Source of the DNA: Candidatus Latescibacterota bacterium
GTDB lineage: Bacteria > Latescibacterota > UBA2968 > GCA-2709665
Reading direction: 5' to 3'
Length of the DNA: 64,000 bases
Assembly (NCBI GenBank): GCA_965203805.1
Contig: OZ241917.1
Coordinates: 576,001-640,000, forward strand
Part shown: piece by piece, positions 9,217 through 19,285 of the stretch
Numbering within the stretch: position 1 is the stretch's first letter
How the letters are laid out: each line of letters begins with the position of its first letter
Notes under the pieces: generated by a model
Databases searched by the model: none
The model's input: the letters and a program-made list of their open reading frames with translations, nothing else
What the model was told of the DNA's origin: nothing
Position numbers and translations under genes: made by a program

Positions 9217-11250
9217 ATGGTGAATCCGGGAGTGTTGATGGCTGAACCGGACAGGATTTCCACACGGGGTTTGGCCCGTGTGGCGAGAAACCCCGTGGAT
9301 ATGGCCGTGGAAGACCGTGGAACGACGGTTCGGTCGCTGATTTTCGGGCTTTGCGCGGCACTCGTCATCAGCGTTCTGGGCAACGTCGTTCGGTACATCC
9401 TCCACTCCTCGTTCATGGCGTACAGCCACATGCCGATGGGGAACCTGATCGTCTGGCTGCTGTCGATCCTGGTCTGCGCGGCGCTGGCGAAAGGGTTCGG
9501 CCGCAGGTTCGCGTTCTCCGCCAGCGAGTGGATCACGGTCTTTGCCATGGGGTTTATCGCGTCCCTTGGCCCCACCTACGGCGTGAGCGGCTACCTTGTG
9601 GGTGTCATCGTGACACCCTATTATTTCGCCACGCCCGAGAACCGGTGGGCCGAGTTTCTGCACCCGTACCTCCCGGAATGGATGATCCCGACCAACAAGG
9701 ACGGGGCGATGACCTGGTTCTACGACGGGTTGCCCCAGGGCGTCCCCATTCCGTGGGAAGCCTGGACGATGCCCCTGTTCTGGTGGTTTACCTTCGTCTG
9801 TGCGGTCGCGCTGGCGTGCCTGTGCGCATCGGTGATCATCCACAGGCAGTGGTCCGAGCACGAGAAGATCGTGTTTCCGGCAATGGAACCCATCGTGGAG
9901 ATGGCGGCAAACGCCGGCAAGGGCAGAGGGTGGCTCCCGGAGTTCATGGCCGGCAAGGCCTACTGGACCGGATTTGCGATCGTCTTTTTTGTATTCAGCT
10001 GGAATTTCATCGGATGGTTCAAACCGGGATTTCCCGTTTTTCCAACGGCGAGGGGTACCTGGATTCCGCTGGGGCAGGCCTTTCCGCCGCAGTGGATTTT
10101 CGTAAGCACCGTCGTCATCTGTTTTTCTTACTTCGCCAGCCTCGAGGTGTTGTTCAGTCTCTGGTTCTTCGACCTGTTGTTCATTTTCGAGGGCGGGTTC
10201 CTGAACCGGCTTGGGGTCGAGGCGATTTCACCTCACTATATGACGGGACGGTACGGCTGGCAGACGGCGGGCGCCTTTATCGGCATCGCCTTCTGGTGGC
10301 TGCTGGTCTCCCGCACGCATCTCTGGCAGGCGTTCCGCAAGGCGGTCCGGCCCGAAAGCAGTCCGATCGACGACCGGCGCGAACTGATATCCTACCGGGC
10401 GGCGTTTATCTGGCTGGGCGTCTCAACGGTCTATACCATCGCCTGGTTGTGGCAGGCGGGAATGGACCTGAAGGTCATCTGCTTACTGATCCCCACCATG
10501 TTTCTGATTTACTTCGGCGTGGCCAAGATTCTTGCCGAGACCGGCCACATCTACATCGGATCGGCGACCAGGGGATGGGAGCTTGCTGCCGCTGCGCTGG
10601 GAGGCGCAAGCGCCGTGCCGGCGGGGACCCACGCCGTAATGTACCCGGCATCGGTGTCAATCAACCATTTTCGGGCGTACACGTTTTCGCTGGGGATGCA
10701 CCTGAACCGGCTGGGAGACTTCCTCGCCGGGGGACACAGATGGTTTTTTGGAGGGGTTTTCGGCGCATTCATTGTGGGCGTGGTGGGGTCCACCCTGTTT
10801 ACGATCTGGTTGGGGTACACCATCGGCGGGTACAACTTTCAGCCCAACTGGCTGATTATCCGTGCCGGCGTCGGCGGGTACCAGCGTGGCGTAAACGATA
10901 TTCTCTCGCCGGAACCGACCGAGGTGGAGGACTACTGGTTCTTCCTGGCGGGTTTTGTCGCGATGATGGCGCTGAACCTGTTGCGGTACCGTTTCAGCTG
11001 GTGGCCCGTTCATCCGGTGGGGTTCGCGATCTCGGGCGCCTGGCTGACGAGGCTGACGAGCTTCACGCTGTTCCTGGCCTGGCTGGTGAAGTTCATCCTC
11101 CTGAAGCTCGTCGGCGCCGCGTTCTACAGGAAATCTCGTCCGTTTTTCATCGGCGCGCTGACGGCATATATTCTGGTCACAACGCTCGGGTTGATCGTAG
11201 ACGCCGTGTTCTTCGGAAAGCAGGGACACACGCTCCACAAATGGTACTAG
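9217..11250 (+). CDS. Polytopic membrane protein, DUF6785/DUF6784-type putative transporter (paralog 1); start may be 9238 or 9301
   Basis: Many hydrophobic segments; YYFATPENRW, RQW..EK..FP, WWPVHPVGF and PFFIG motifs. Confidence 0.65.
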   Translation: MVNPGVLMAEPDRISTRGLARVARNPVDMAVEDRGTTVRSLIFGLCAALVISVLGNVVRYILHSSFMAYSHMPMGNLIVWLLSILVCAALAKGFGRRFAFSASEWITVFAMGFIASLGPTYGVSGYLVGVIVTPYYFATPENRWAEFLHPYLPEWMIPTNKDGAMTWFYDGLPQGVPIPWEAWTMPLFWWFTFVCAVALACLCASVIIHRQWSEHEKIVFPAMEPIVEMAANAGKGRGWLPEFMAGKAYWTGFAIVFFVFSWNFIGWFKPGFPVFPTARGTWIPLGQAFPPQWIFVSTVVICFSYFASLEVLFSLWFFDLLFIFEGGFLNRLGVEAISPHYMTGRYGWQTAGAFIGIAFWWLLVSRTHLWQAFRKAVRPESSPIDDRRELISYRAAFIWLGVSTVYTIAWLWQAGMDLKVICLLIPTMFLIYFGVAKILAETGHIYIGSATRGWELAAAALGGASAVPAGTHAVMYPASVSINHFRAYTFSLGMHLNRLGDFLAGGHRWFFGGVFGAFIVGVVGSTLFTIWLGYTIGGYNFQPNWLIIRAGVGGYQRGVNDILSPEPTEVEDYWFFLAGFVAMMALNLLRYRFSWWPVHPVGFAISGAWLTRLTSFTLFLAWLVKFILLKLVGAAFYRKSRPFFIGALTAYILVTTLGLIVDAVFFGKQGHTLHKWY

Positions 11251-11374
11251 CAGACTCTCCGGGCAGCGGACCGCCGAATGGCGACGTGTTGCCGGGGTGA
11301 GAGACCGGACGCGGCTGCAACCGGGATTCCCTCCGAGTCTCGCATTTTCCGTGGCGTTGAATTGAGGATTTCCA

Positions 11375-13378
11375 ATGGCTGAATCCGGTGCGGCCCTTCG
11401 GCACGCCGCGCGACAGAACATCGATGCGCCCCCAGTCGCAGAGGATCGAGGGGTCACGCTTCGATCGATCGCTTTCGGCCTGTGTCTGGCCGTGGCCGTG
11501 AGTCTCCTGGCCAACACCGTGCTTTATCTTGTTCATGGCTCGCTGATGGCGTACAGCCATATGCCCATGGGCAACCTGATATTGACCCTGCTGTCCATGG
11601 TCGTCTGTTCTGCTCTGGCCTTCCGATTCGGAAGGTCTTTTGTGTTTTCCCGAACGGAGTGGCTCACCATTTTTGCCATGGGTTTCGTGAGTTCGCTCGG
11701 TCCCACGTACGGCGTGAGCGGGTACCTGGTGGGCGTGATCGTGTCCCCGTACTATTTTGCCACGCCCGAGAACCGATGGTCGGAGTTCCTGCATCCGTAT
11801 CTTCCGGAATTCATCTTTCCCCAGAACAGGAAAGGAGAGATGAGCTGGTTCTACAACGGGCTGCCGCCCGACGCGGCCGTCCCCTGGGAGACCTGGGCGG
11901 GGCCGCTGTTCTGGTGGTTCACGTTTATCGCGGCGGTGGCATTCGCGTGTTTCTGCGCGTCCATCATCATTCACCGCCAGTGGTCGGAGTATGAAAAGCT
12001 CGTCTATCCGGCCATGGAGCCGATCGTGGAAATCGCGTCCCGTAGTGGCTCGGGGAAGCGGTGGCTGCCGGAGCTGATGCAGGGGCGGATGTTCTGGGCG
12101 GGGTTTTCGGTCAGCGCGTTCATCTACTGCTGGAACATGATCGGCTGGTTTTTCCCGGCATTTCCGAGTTTTCGGATGACGCCGGGCTGGTACCTTCCTC
12201 TCGCGAGGGACTTTCCAGCCCTGTGGATTTCTTTCAATACGTTCGTGATCTGCTTTGCGTATTTTGCCAGCCTCGAAGTCCTGTTCAGTCTCTGGTTCTT
12301 CGACCTTTTCTTTGTGGTCGAGTCGGGTATCCTGACCCGATTGGGAATGCCGTCGTGGCATTCCTACCGGTCCGCGGGGCCGTACACGTGGCAGACCGCG
12401 GGCGCCTTCGTATGCCTTGCTGTTTTCTGGATACTGATTTCGAGGCGTCATCTGAAGGATGCGTTTCTGAAAGCGCTGAATCCACGCAGCGAACATATAG
12501 ACGACAGCCGCGAACTCATCTCCTACCGTGCGGCGTTCCTGGGTCTGGGTATCGCGTGCTGTTACGCCGTTGCCTGGCTCTGGAATGCCGGTATGGATAG
12601 CGGAGTAATCGCCCTGACCATACCGACGATGTTTCTGGTCTATCTGGCAATGGGTAAGATTCTTGCGGACTCGGGGCTGGTTTTTCTGAGCTCGCCGACG
12701 TCGGCCCGAAATCTCGTGCAGGCAGCATTCGGAGGCCCCAGGGGCATACCGGCGGCGACCCACGCGCTATACTATCCGACCGCGGTGGCGCTGAGTCATT
12801 TCAAGGGAACCATTTTCACGTTCGGCATGCATGCCAACCGGCTGGGAGACTTTGTCGCAGGCAACAAGAGACGGTTGTTCTGGTCGGTATGCGCCGCGTT
12901 TCTCGTGGGGCTGGTTGCATCCACGCTATACGTGGTCTGGCTCGGGTACACCGTTGGCGGCTACAATTTCGAGCCGAACTGGCTTGTGACACGGGCCGGA
13001 CACCGGGGTTTCCAGGGGGCGGTCAGCGACATCATTTCGCCCAAGCCGATGCAATCCAGCGAGTATGTGTTCTTCGTTGTCGGGGCGTTGGCCATGGGGA
13101 TCATCACGTTTATGCGTTACCGTTTCGCGTGGTGGCCTTTTCATCCCATCGGCTTTGCGCTCTCAGGGTCCGCGCTTTCGCACCTGACCGGGTTTACGAT
13201 TTTTCTGGCGTGGAGCCTGAAGGCGATTCTGCTGAGATTCTTCGGAGCCGCGTTTTACCGGCGCTCACGCCCGTTTTTTATCGGGCTCCTTATCGGATAC
13301 GTATTTGCGATCGCGCTGGGGCTCGTGCTGGATGCCGTCTGGTTCATGCCCCAGGGCCACCGAATTCACGTATATTGA
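11375..13378 (+). CDS. Polytopic membrane protein, DUF6785/DUF6784-type putative transporter (paralog 2)
   Basis: Closely colinear with 9217..11250 (MAYSHMPMGNL, SLGPTYGVSGYLVGVIV, YFASLEVLFSLWFFDL, WWPFHPIGF). Confidence 0.65.
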   Translation: MAESGAALRHAARQNIDAPPVAEDRGVTLRSIAFGLCLAVAVSLLANTVLYLVHGSLMAYSHMPMGNLILTLLSMVVCSALAFRFGRSFVFSRTEWLTIFAMGFVSSLGPTYGVSGYLVGVIVSPYYFATPENRWSEFLHPYLPEFIFPQNRKGEMSWFYNGLPPDAAVPWETWAGPLFWWFTFIAAVAFACFCASIIIHRQWSEYEKLVYPAMEPIVEIASRSGSGKRWLPELMQGRMFWAGFSVSAFIYCWNMIGWFFPAFPSFRMTPGWYLPLARDFPALWISFNTFVICFAYFASLEVLFSLWFFDLFFVVESGILTRLGMPSWHSYRSAGPYTWQTAGAFVCLAVFWILISRRHLKDAFLKALNPRSEHIDDSRELISYRAAFLGLGIACCYAVAWLWNAGMDSGVIALTIPTMFLVYLAMGKILADSGLVFLSSPTSARNLVQAAFGGPRGIPAATHALYYPTAVALSHFKGTIFTFGMHANRLGDFVAGNKRRLFWSVCAAFLVGLVASTLYVVWLGYTVGGYNFEPNWLVTRAGHRGFQGAVSDIISPKPMQSSEYVFFVVGALAMGIITFMRYRFAWWPFHPIGFALSGSALSHLTGFTIFLAWSLKAILLRFFGAAFYRRSRPFFIGLLIGYVFAIALGLVLDAVWFMPQGHRIHVY

Positions 13379-13638
13379 GCGTCTGGGAATTAACCTCAAT
13401 TTGAAAAAAGAAAACCGAAAATTGGCCACAAAAAGCACAAAAGGCATCCGTGCAAAGCGGCGTGTGCGGTAACGCGGTGACCCTGCAGTTATTTTCTCAC
13501 CGGGCCGAAAAGGTCGTCCGGAGGGACATTTTTTCCGTTCACGTCCAGTGACCTGAAGGATCATGGAAATCAGCAGTTAAATCGCCTTTATTCACTTGCA
13601 CATTTTCGAATTAACGTCCCCGCATAATGACGAATCAA

Positions 13639-13661
13639 GGTTAATCGTCGGTACGTTAACC
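13639..13661. promoter_or_regulatory. Palindromic operator-like site upstream of the MDR/Gfo operon
   Basis: GGTTAA-tcgtcggtacg-TTAACC inverted repeat just downstream of a CATAAT -10-like hexamer in an AT-rich intergenic region. Confidence 0.35.
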
Positions 13662-13704
13662 CGTGCATTACAACGGATTATTGGTCAGATAGAGGAGCGA
13701 TCAT

Positions 13705-14751
13705 ATGCCAAGTGGTCTTCGCAAGTTGGCGGCGAAAGATGGCGCCGGGAGGATCGTCGTCATCGAGGAACCGATTCCACAACCTGAGCCCGGCCAGGTC
13801 CAGGTTGAGGTCCGGGCGAGTTTTGTGAGTCCGGGTACGGAACTGGGCGCCGTGAAGAGGATTCGCGAGAATCCCGGTGGCGGCCCCGCCCGCCCGTTCG
13901 GGTATTCGAATGCCGGCGTGGTCGTTGGACAGGGCGAGGGTTGTGAAGATATACCCATGGGAACCCGGGTGGCCTGCATGGGCGGTGGCTATGCACTGCA
14001 CGCGACTCACGCCTGCGTGCCCAGGAATATGGCCGTTCCCATGCCCGATTCCGTGCACTTCGAGGACGCGTCGTCCGTTCATCTGGTCGCAACCGCGCTG
14101 AACGCGGTCCGCCGGGCCGAGTTGACCCTGGGCGAATACGTCGCGGTTGTGGGCCTGGGGCCCGTGGGACAGTTTTCCTGCCAGTGGGCCCGGCTCGCCG
14201 GGTGTCATACGCTCGCGCTGGACCGGTTGCCCATGCGCCTTGCGGTTGCAGGAAAGACCGGCGCGGACCGGACGGTGAACGCTGGAGACGAGGATGCTGT
14301 GGCCTCGGCCGCGGAGTTTACGAGAGGATACGGTGTGGACGCCGGCATTCTCGCGTTCGGTGGAGACGGCACCGGGGCTTTCAAAATGCTCGCGGCGATG
14401 ATGAAGCGCGCGCCCGATACACACCAGATGGGCCGGATCACGATCGTGGGCGGCGCGAAGATCGAGCATGTATTCGCATCCGGCCTGGGCAACCTGGACG
14501 TTCGGAGCGCGGCGCGGACGGGCCCCGGATATCACGATGAAGCCTGGGAACACGGACGGGACTATCCGCCCGTATTCATGCAATGGACCACGCGGCGGAA
14601 CCTGGAGGAGTGTCTGGTGTTCATGGCTTCCGGCGGGATGCTGGTCGAGCCGCTGATCACCCACCGGGTAGCGCTCGATGACGCGCCGGAGGCGTGTGAG
14701 GCGCTGATTCAGCGGCCCAATGAGGCGCTGGGGGTCGTGCTGCTGCCTTAA
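13705..14751 (+). CDS. Medium-chain (zinc-binding-type) dehydrogenase/reductase
   Basis: VSPGTE, GYSNAG, GLGPVG Rossmann motif, PLITHR; GAGGAG RBS. Confidence 0.82.
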   Translation: MPSGLRKLAAKDGAGRIVVIEEPIPQPEPGQVQVEVRASFVSPGTELGAVKRIRENPGGGPARPFGYSNAGVVVGQGEGCEDIPMGTRVACMGGGYALHATHACVPRNMAVPMPDSVHFEDASSVHLVATALNAVRRAELTLGEYVAVVGLGPVGQFSCQWARLAGCHTLALDRLPMRLAVAGKTGADRTVNAGDEDAVASAAEFTRGYGVDAGILAFGGDGTGAFKMLAAMMKRAPDTHQMGRITIVGGAKIEHVFASGLGNLDVRSAARTGPGYHDEAWEHGRDYPPVFMQWTTRRNLEECLVFMASGGMLVEPLITHRVALDDAPEACEALIQRPNEALGVVLLP

Positions 14752-14797
14752 ACTTTATCCGTTGGCAGGAAAACACGAATCGTAACGGGAGTTGCGC

Positions 14798-15880
14798 ATG
14801 GCTGGAAAACAGTATCGAGGCGGCGCGATCGGCAGGACGGGCCGGGGCGGCTACGGACATGGACTGCATCTGGGCCTGGCGGCAGCGGACGCAGTGGATC
14901 TGGTGGCTGTGGCGGATCCGGACGCGCAGGGGCGGCGGGAAGTCGCGGACGCGGCAGGCGCCGAACGCACCTATGGAGATTATCGGGAGATGCTGGAGAA
15001 AGAAGCGCTGGACATCGTCACCGTGGGACCCCGCTGGGTGGATTGCCATGAAGAGATGGTGCTGGCGTGTGTCGCGGCAGGCTGCCACGTCTATTGCGAG
15101 AAACCGATGGCCGGCACGCTCGAATCGGCGGATCGGATGGTGTCCGCGGCGCAAAGGGCGGGCGTCAAGCTGGCCGTTGCGCATCAGGGCGTCTATCTGC
15201 CCCAGGTCCAGGCCGTGAAGCGGCTGCTGGACGATGGCGGCATCGGACCGCTGCAGGCGATTTACGCAACCGGCAAGCAGGACCATCGAGGCGGAGGTGA
15301 GGATATGATGGTCCTGGGGACGCATCTGTTCAACCTGATGCGGTTCCTGGGGGGCGACGTGGCGTGGATGAGTGCGCAGGTCATGGTTGGAGAGCGAGAA
15401 CTCCGGACGGGCGATGCCCGCGAGGCAAATGAGCCGATCGGTCTGATTGCGGGCGACCGCATACGGAGTTATTTCGCGTTTCAAAGCGGCGCCGCGGGCT
15501 TTTTCGTGTCTCGTGCCGATCAGCCCGGGAACGGAGCGTGTTTCGGCCTGGAGCTGGTGGGGAGGGACGGACGCATGATGCTGCGCGGCGGCGCGCCGAC
15601 CGTCATTGCCGCTTATCCGTTCAGCGTCTGGCTTCCGGAGGACGGGTCGCGCGCCTGGGAAGTTCTGGACCTGGAGACCGCGCCGCTGCCCGACGGCAAC
15701 CGGCGGGCGATTCTGGATCTGATCGATGCGATCGAACACGACCGGCAGCCGCTGTCCAGCGGTGTGGATGCGGTGAAGGCCCTGGAAATGGTGCTGGGCG
15801 CCTACGCATCGCAGATCTCGTGCGGACGCGTGTCGTTTCCGATGGCCGACCGAACCCATCCGCTTGAGGGCCATGTATAG
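14798..15880 (+). CDS. Gfo/Idh/MocA family oxidoreductase
   Basis: IGRTGRGGYGH, VAVADPD, HVYCEKP motifs. Confidence 0.88.
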   Translation: MAGKQYRGGAIGRTGRGGYGHGLHLGLAAADAVDLVAVADPDAQGRREVADAAGAERTYGDYREMLEKEALDIVTVGPRWVDCHEEMVLACVAAGCHVYCEKPMAGTLESADRMVSAAQRAGVKLAVAHQGVYLPQVQAVKRLLDDGGIGPLQAIYATGKQDHRGGGEDMMVLGTHLFNLMRFLGGDVAWMSAQVMVGERELRTGDAREANEPIGLIAGDRIRSYFAFQSGAAGFFVSRADQPGNGACFGLELVGRDGRMMLRGGAPTVIAAYPFSVWLPEDGSRAWEVLDLETAPLPDGNRRAILDLIDAIEHDRQPLSSGVDAVKALEMVLGAYASQISCGRVSFPMADRTHPLEGHV

Positions 15881-16021
15881 CCGGCAGCTCAAGTACGGAT
15901 ACTTTGGATATCCCGTTGGATTGTCGTATATTATCCGGAGTACATCGTTGCAGCAGGGGATTGCATCGATTTCCGGCCCGTTTACTCTGCACCCGGCCCC
16001 CGGGCGGAAGGTGGAATCAAG

Positions 16022-16984
16022 ATGAATGCGAGAATCACCAGGGATATTTCAGATCGGATGCGGCCTTCGATTATGCTGGCCGCGTGGCCGGGCATGGGCA
16101 GTGTGGGCGTCGGGGCGCTGGATTACCTGCGACGGAAGCTGGACGCGGTGCCGTTCGCAGAGATCGACATGAGCGAATATTTCGCGCCGGAGGCGGTGGT
16201 TGTTGAGAAGGGACTCGCCCGCTCGTTTTCCGATCTGCCGAGCCACGTCTTCTATTACGTCGAGGAGCCCCCGCTGATCATATCCGAAAGCGAAGCGCAG
16301 ATACCGGGAATGGGTGGCACGGTCCTTATGGGCCACATGCTCGACCTTGCGCAGCGGTTCAAGGTGGAAACCATCTATACGGGGGCGGCATACGCAATGC
16401 CCATCAGCCACAACGAACGCGTTCAGGTGCTCGGCGCGGCCAACCAGGAAGCGTTGCGGGACGCGCTCGGCCAATACGGCGTGGAGATCCTGCAGGAAGG
16501 ACACATTGCCGGTCTGAACGGACTGTTGCTGGGTTCGGCCGGGCTGCGAAATATCCGGGCGGCCTGCCTGTTGGCGACCATGCCGATGTACGCCCAGATG
16601 ATGCCGAACCCCAAGGCGTCGCGTGAGATCGTACGCGTCTGGTCGGAAATGTTGCGGCTGGACGTGAATATGTCGGAGATCGACCAGGCTGTTGAACGCA
16701 TGGACGACACCATGTCCCAGATAGAAGAGAAGATCCGCACCACCTTCTCCACCATGGAACCCGAAAACGAGGATGAAATCGAACTCGAAGAAGTGGACGA
16801 GGAGCAGGTGCCTCAGGTGGTCATGGAGCGGATCGAGCGCCTCTTCGGCGAGGTCGAACACGAGACGACCAAAGAGAAGGCGGCCCTGTTGAAGCGGGAA
16901 CTGGACCGGTGGAACCTGTATGGACTCTACGAAGACCGGTTTCTGGGTCTGTTCCGAAAGGACAGCGGCCCCAATCGCGGGTAA
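16022..16984 (+). CDS. PAC2 (proteasome assembly chaperone 2) family protein
   Basis: AAWPGMGSVG, IAGLNGLLL, ACLLAT, PNPKAS motifs and an acidic helical C-terminus. Confidence 0.75.
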   Translation: MNARITRDISDRMRPSIMLAAWPGMGSVGVGALDYLRRKLDAVPFAEIDMSEYFAPEAVVVEKGLARSFSDLPSHVFYYVEEPPLIISESEAQIPGMGGTVLMGHMLDLAQRFKVETIYTGAAYAMPISHNERVQVLGAANQEALRDALGQYGVEILQEGHIAGLNGLLLGSAGLRNIRAACLLATMPMYAQMMPNPKASREIVRVWSEMLRLDVNMSEIDQAVERMDDTMSQIEEKIRTTFSTMEPENEDEIELEEVDEEQVPQVVMERIERLFGEVEHETTKEKAALLKRELDRWNLYGLYEDRFLGLFRKDSGPNRG

Positions 16985-17162
16985 CGAGGCGTACCGTCAA
17001 CCCATTCGCGTTCTGAAGGTTCGAGGAACGCGGCGATACCCGGGTTTCATGGCCCGGTTCGGCAAGATCGGTCTGCCCCGCTGAATTCGCTTGTTCCCCC
17101 CGTCGTCTGATCCGCCCGCCACGTCCCAACCCCCTACAACCGTTGAATACAAGGAGACAAAA

Positions 17163-18239
17163 GTGTATCCGGAGCCCGTCGACAGCGCCCAGTTGAAAAT
17201 AGATCTGTACAGCGATACGGCAACGAAACCCACCCGCGAAATGCGGGAGTTCATGTGCGCGGCGGAAGTCGGCGATGAGCAGCGTGGGGAAGACCCGTCG
17301 GTGAACGAACTGCAGGACATGGTGGCCGAAATGCTGGGCAAGGAAGCCGCATTGCTGCTGCCGTCGGGCACGATGTGCAACCAGATCGCCTTTGCGGTTC
17401 ACTGCCGCCCCGGCGATATGGTCCTGCTGGAACGGAACGCCCACCCGTTGCATTCCGAAGCCGGCGGCGCCGCGGTTCTCGCAAGCACGACGCTATACCC
17501 GGTCGACGGCGTTAACGGGCACTTTACAGCCGAACATGTCGCGGCGGAAGTCCAGCCCGCCACCCGTTACTGGCCGGGCTTCCGGTTGGTGGCCGTGGAG
17601 CAGACCACGAACCGGCCGGGCGGCCGCGTCTGGCCCCTGGAGCAGATGCGGGAGGTCTGCGAGGCGGCACACGAGCGGAATCTGCAGACGCACATGGACG
17701 GCGCCCGTCTGTTCAATGCGGTGGTCGCGTCCGGGATATCGGCACGGGATTACGCCGTGTCGTTCGATTCTCTCTGGATCGATCTGAGCAAGGGACTCGG
17801 GGCGCCCATCGGCGGCGTTCTGGCGGGCTCCCGCGGGTTCATCGAGTCGGCATGGCAATGGAAGCAACGGATCGGCGGCGCGATGCGGCAGGCGGGATTC
17901 GTGGCGGCCGCCGGGATCTACGCGCTGAGAAACAATATCGACCGGCTGGCAGAGGATCACGCAAACGCCAGGCGGCTGGCGTTGGGGATCTCGGACGCGC
18001 CGGGGATTCATGTGAATCCCGACGAGGTCGAAACCAATATGGTCAAATTCGACGTGGGAGGAACGGGAATCGGTTCGAAGGAGTTTGCAGGCCGCCTGCT
18101 CGCCGATTGGGGCGTCCGGGTGAGCACGCCGGGCCCCACGGCGATCCGCGCCATCCCGTATCTCGGCATCAGCCGGGACGACGTCGACGAAGCCACACGC
18201 GCGATCTGCTCCGTGGCAGAGGAAATGTCGGAAGGGTAA
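17163..18239 (+). CDS. ltaE: Low-specificity L-threonine aldolase family PLP enzyme
   Basis: DLYSDT.TKPT, PSGTMCNQ, HMDGARLFNA, LSKGLGAP (PLP Lys), GGAMRQAG; GTG start after AAGGAG. Confidence 0.85.
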   Translation: MYPEPVDSAQLKIDLYSDTATKPTREMREFMCAAEVGDEQRGEDPSVNELQDMVAEMLGKEAALLLPSGTMCNQIAFAVHCRPGDMVLLERNAHPLHSEAGGAAVLASTTLYPVDGVNGHFTAEHVAAEVQPATRYWPGFRLVAVEQTTNRPGGRVWPLEQMREVCEAAHERNLQTHMDGARLFNAVVASGISARDYAVSFDSLWIDLSKGLGAPIGGVLAGSRGFIESAWQWKQRIGGAMRQAGFVAAAGIYALRNNIDRLAEDHANARRLALGISDAPGIHVNPDEVETNMVKFDVGGTGIGSKEFAGRLLADWGVRVSTPGPTAIRAIPYLGISRDDVDEATRAICSVAEEMSEG

Positions 18240-18242
18240 GTG

Positions 18243-18416
18243 ATGAAACGCACATTTACCGTGAAGGCGGTCTGGGACGATGAAGCGCAGGTCTATTTTG
18301 CTCAAAGCGATATTGAGGGCCTTCACATCGAGGCTGCAAGTCTTGATGAATTCGAAGCGATCATCATCGAGGAAGCGCCCGAATTAATCATGGCCAACCA
18401 TAGAATTTCGTACTGA
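18243..18416 (+). CDS. Small DUF1902/HicB-like protein (57 aa)
   Basis: Below the ORF-track cutoff. Translated by hand: MKRTFTVKAVWDDEAQVYFAQSDIEGLHIEAASLDEFEAIIIEEAPELIMANHRISY; WD.EA.V..A.SDI.GL..EA.SL pattern. Confidence 0.7.
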   Translation: MKRTFTVKAVWDDEAQVYFAQSDIEGLHIEAASLDEFEAIIIEEAPELIMANHRISY

Positions 18417-18444
18417 GCCGCCAATTGTGCGAGGCACTCGACTC

Positions 18445-19263
18445 ATGCAAATCATCGATCCCCACGTACACGTCTGGGTGAACGACCCCGCGTATCCCTG
18501 GGCGCCGGACAACCCGAATCCGCCCGCTGAGGATGCCACCTGCGAGATGCTGCTGGAGGAGATGGCGCGCAACGGTACGGAAAAAACCGTGCTGGTGCAG
18601 GTGATCCACTACAAATGGGACAACCGGTACGCGGGCGACTGCCTGAGAAAATATCCGGACCGCTTCGAGGGTGTCTGCCGTGTGGACCCGGAGAGTCCGT
18701 CCGCGGCCGACGATCTGAGTCGGTGGGTGGAGGAATACGGTTTCAGAGGGGTGCGGCTGAGTCCGGGCGCGGGGCCGGAGGGAGACTGGTTCACAGGGCG
18801 CGGCCTGGACCGCCTGTGGCGGCGGACACGCGATTTGAACGTGCCCATGTGCATCCTGACGTCACAGGGACGGCTGCCGGACCTGGAGCGCTGGATTCGA
18901 GAATACGAAGATGTACAGGTGTGCGTGGACCACATGGCCTGGCCGCCGGTCGACGGGAGCGGCGACGCCGGGAATCTGCTGCGGCTCGCCCGTTATCCCG
19001 AGGTGTACGTGAAGATATCGGGGACCTGGGGTGTATCGCAGGAATCATATCCTTATCGGGACACGCACGCGGTTGTCCGGCAGGTCTACGACGCGTTCGG
19101 CCCGGAACGGCTCATGTGGGGCACCGACTGGCCGCTCGTCGAGCGCAAGTGCGGCTATGCCGGGGCGCTGGATATCGTGAGAAAGGAACTCGCGTTTCTG
19201 AATGACACGGACCGGGAATGGATACTGGGAAAAACCGTGCTCAGCCTTTGGCCGTTCGACTGA
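18445..19263 (+). CDS. Amidohydrolase 2 family protein (lactonase-like)
   Basis: IIDPHVHVW, FRGVRL, VDHM, VYVKISG, RLMWGTDWP motifs. Confidence 0.85.
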   Translation: MQIIDPHVHVWVNDPAYPWAPDNPNPPAEDATCEMLLEEMARNGTEKTVLVQVIHYKWDNRYAGDCLRKYPDRFEGVCRVDPESPSAADDLSRWVEEYGFRGVRLSPGAGPEGDWFTGRGLDRLWRRTRDLNVPMCILTSQGRLPDLERWIREYEDVQVCVDHMAWPPVDGSGDAGNLLRLARYPEVYVKISGTWGVSQESYPYRDTHAVVRQVYDAFGPERLMWGTDWPLVERKCGYAGALDIVRKELAFLNDTDREWILGKTVLSLWPFD

Positions 19264-19285
19264 CGGCCGGTAGCGGGAGGCTTCC

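Noticed and set aside
7084-9861. 925-aa minus-strand ORF and similar long ORFs (4685..6706, 9351..11300, 11177..12763, 44635..46215)
   Set aside because: Antisense or out-of-frame shadows of well-supported genes in a GC-rich genome; Arg/Pro/Gly-rich with no motifs.
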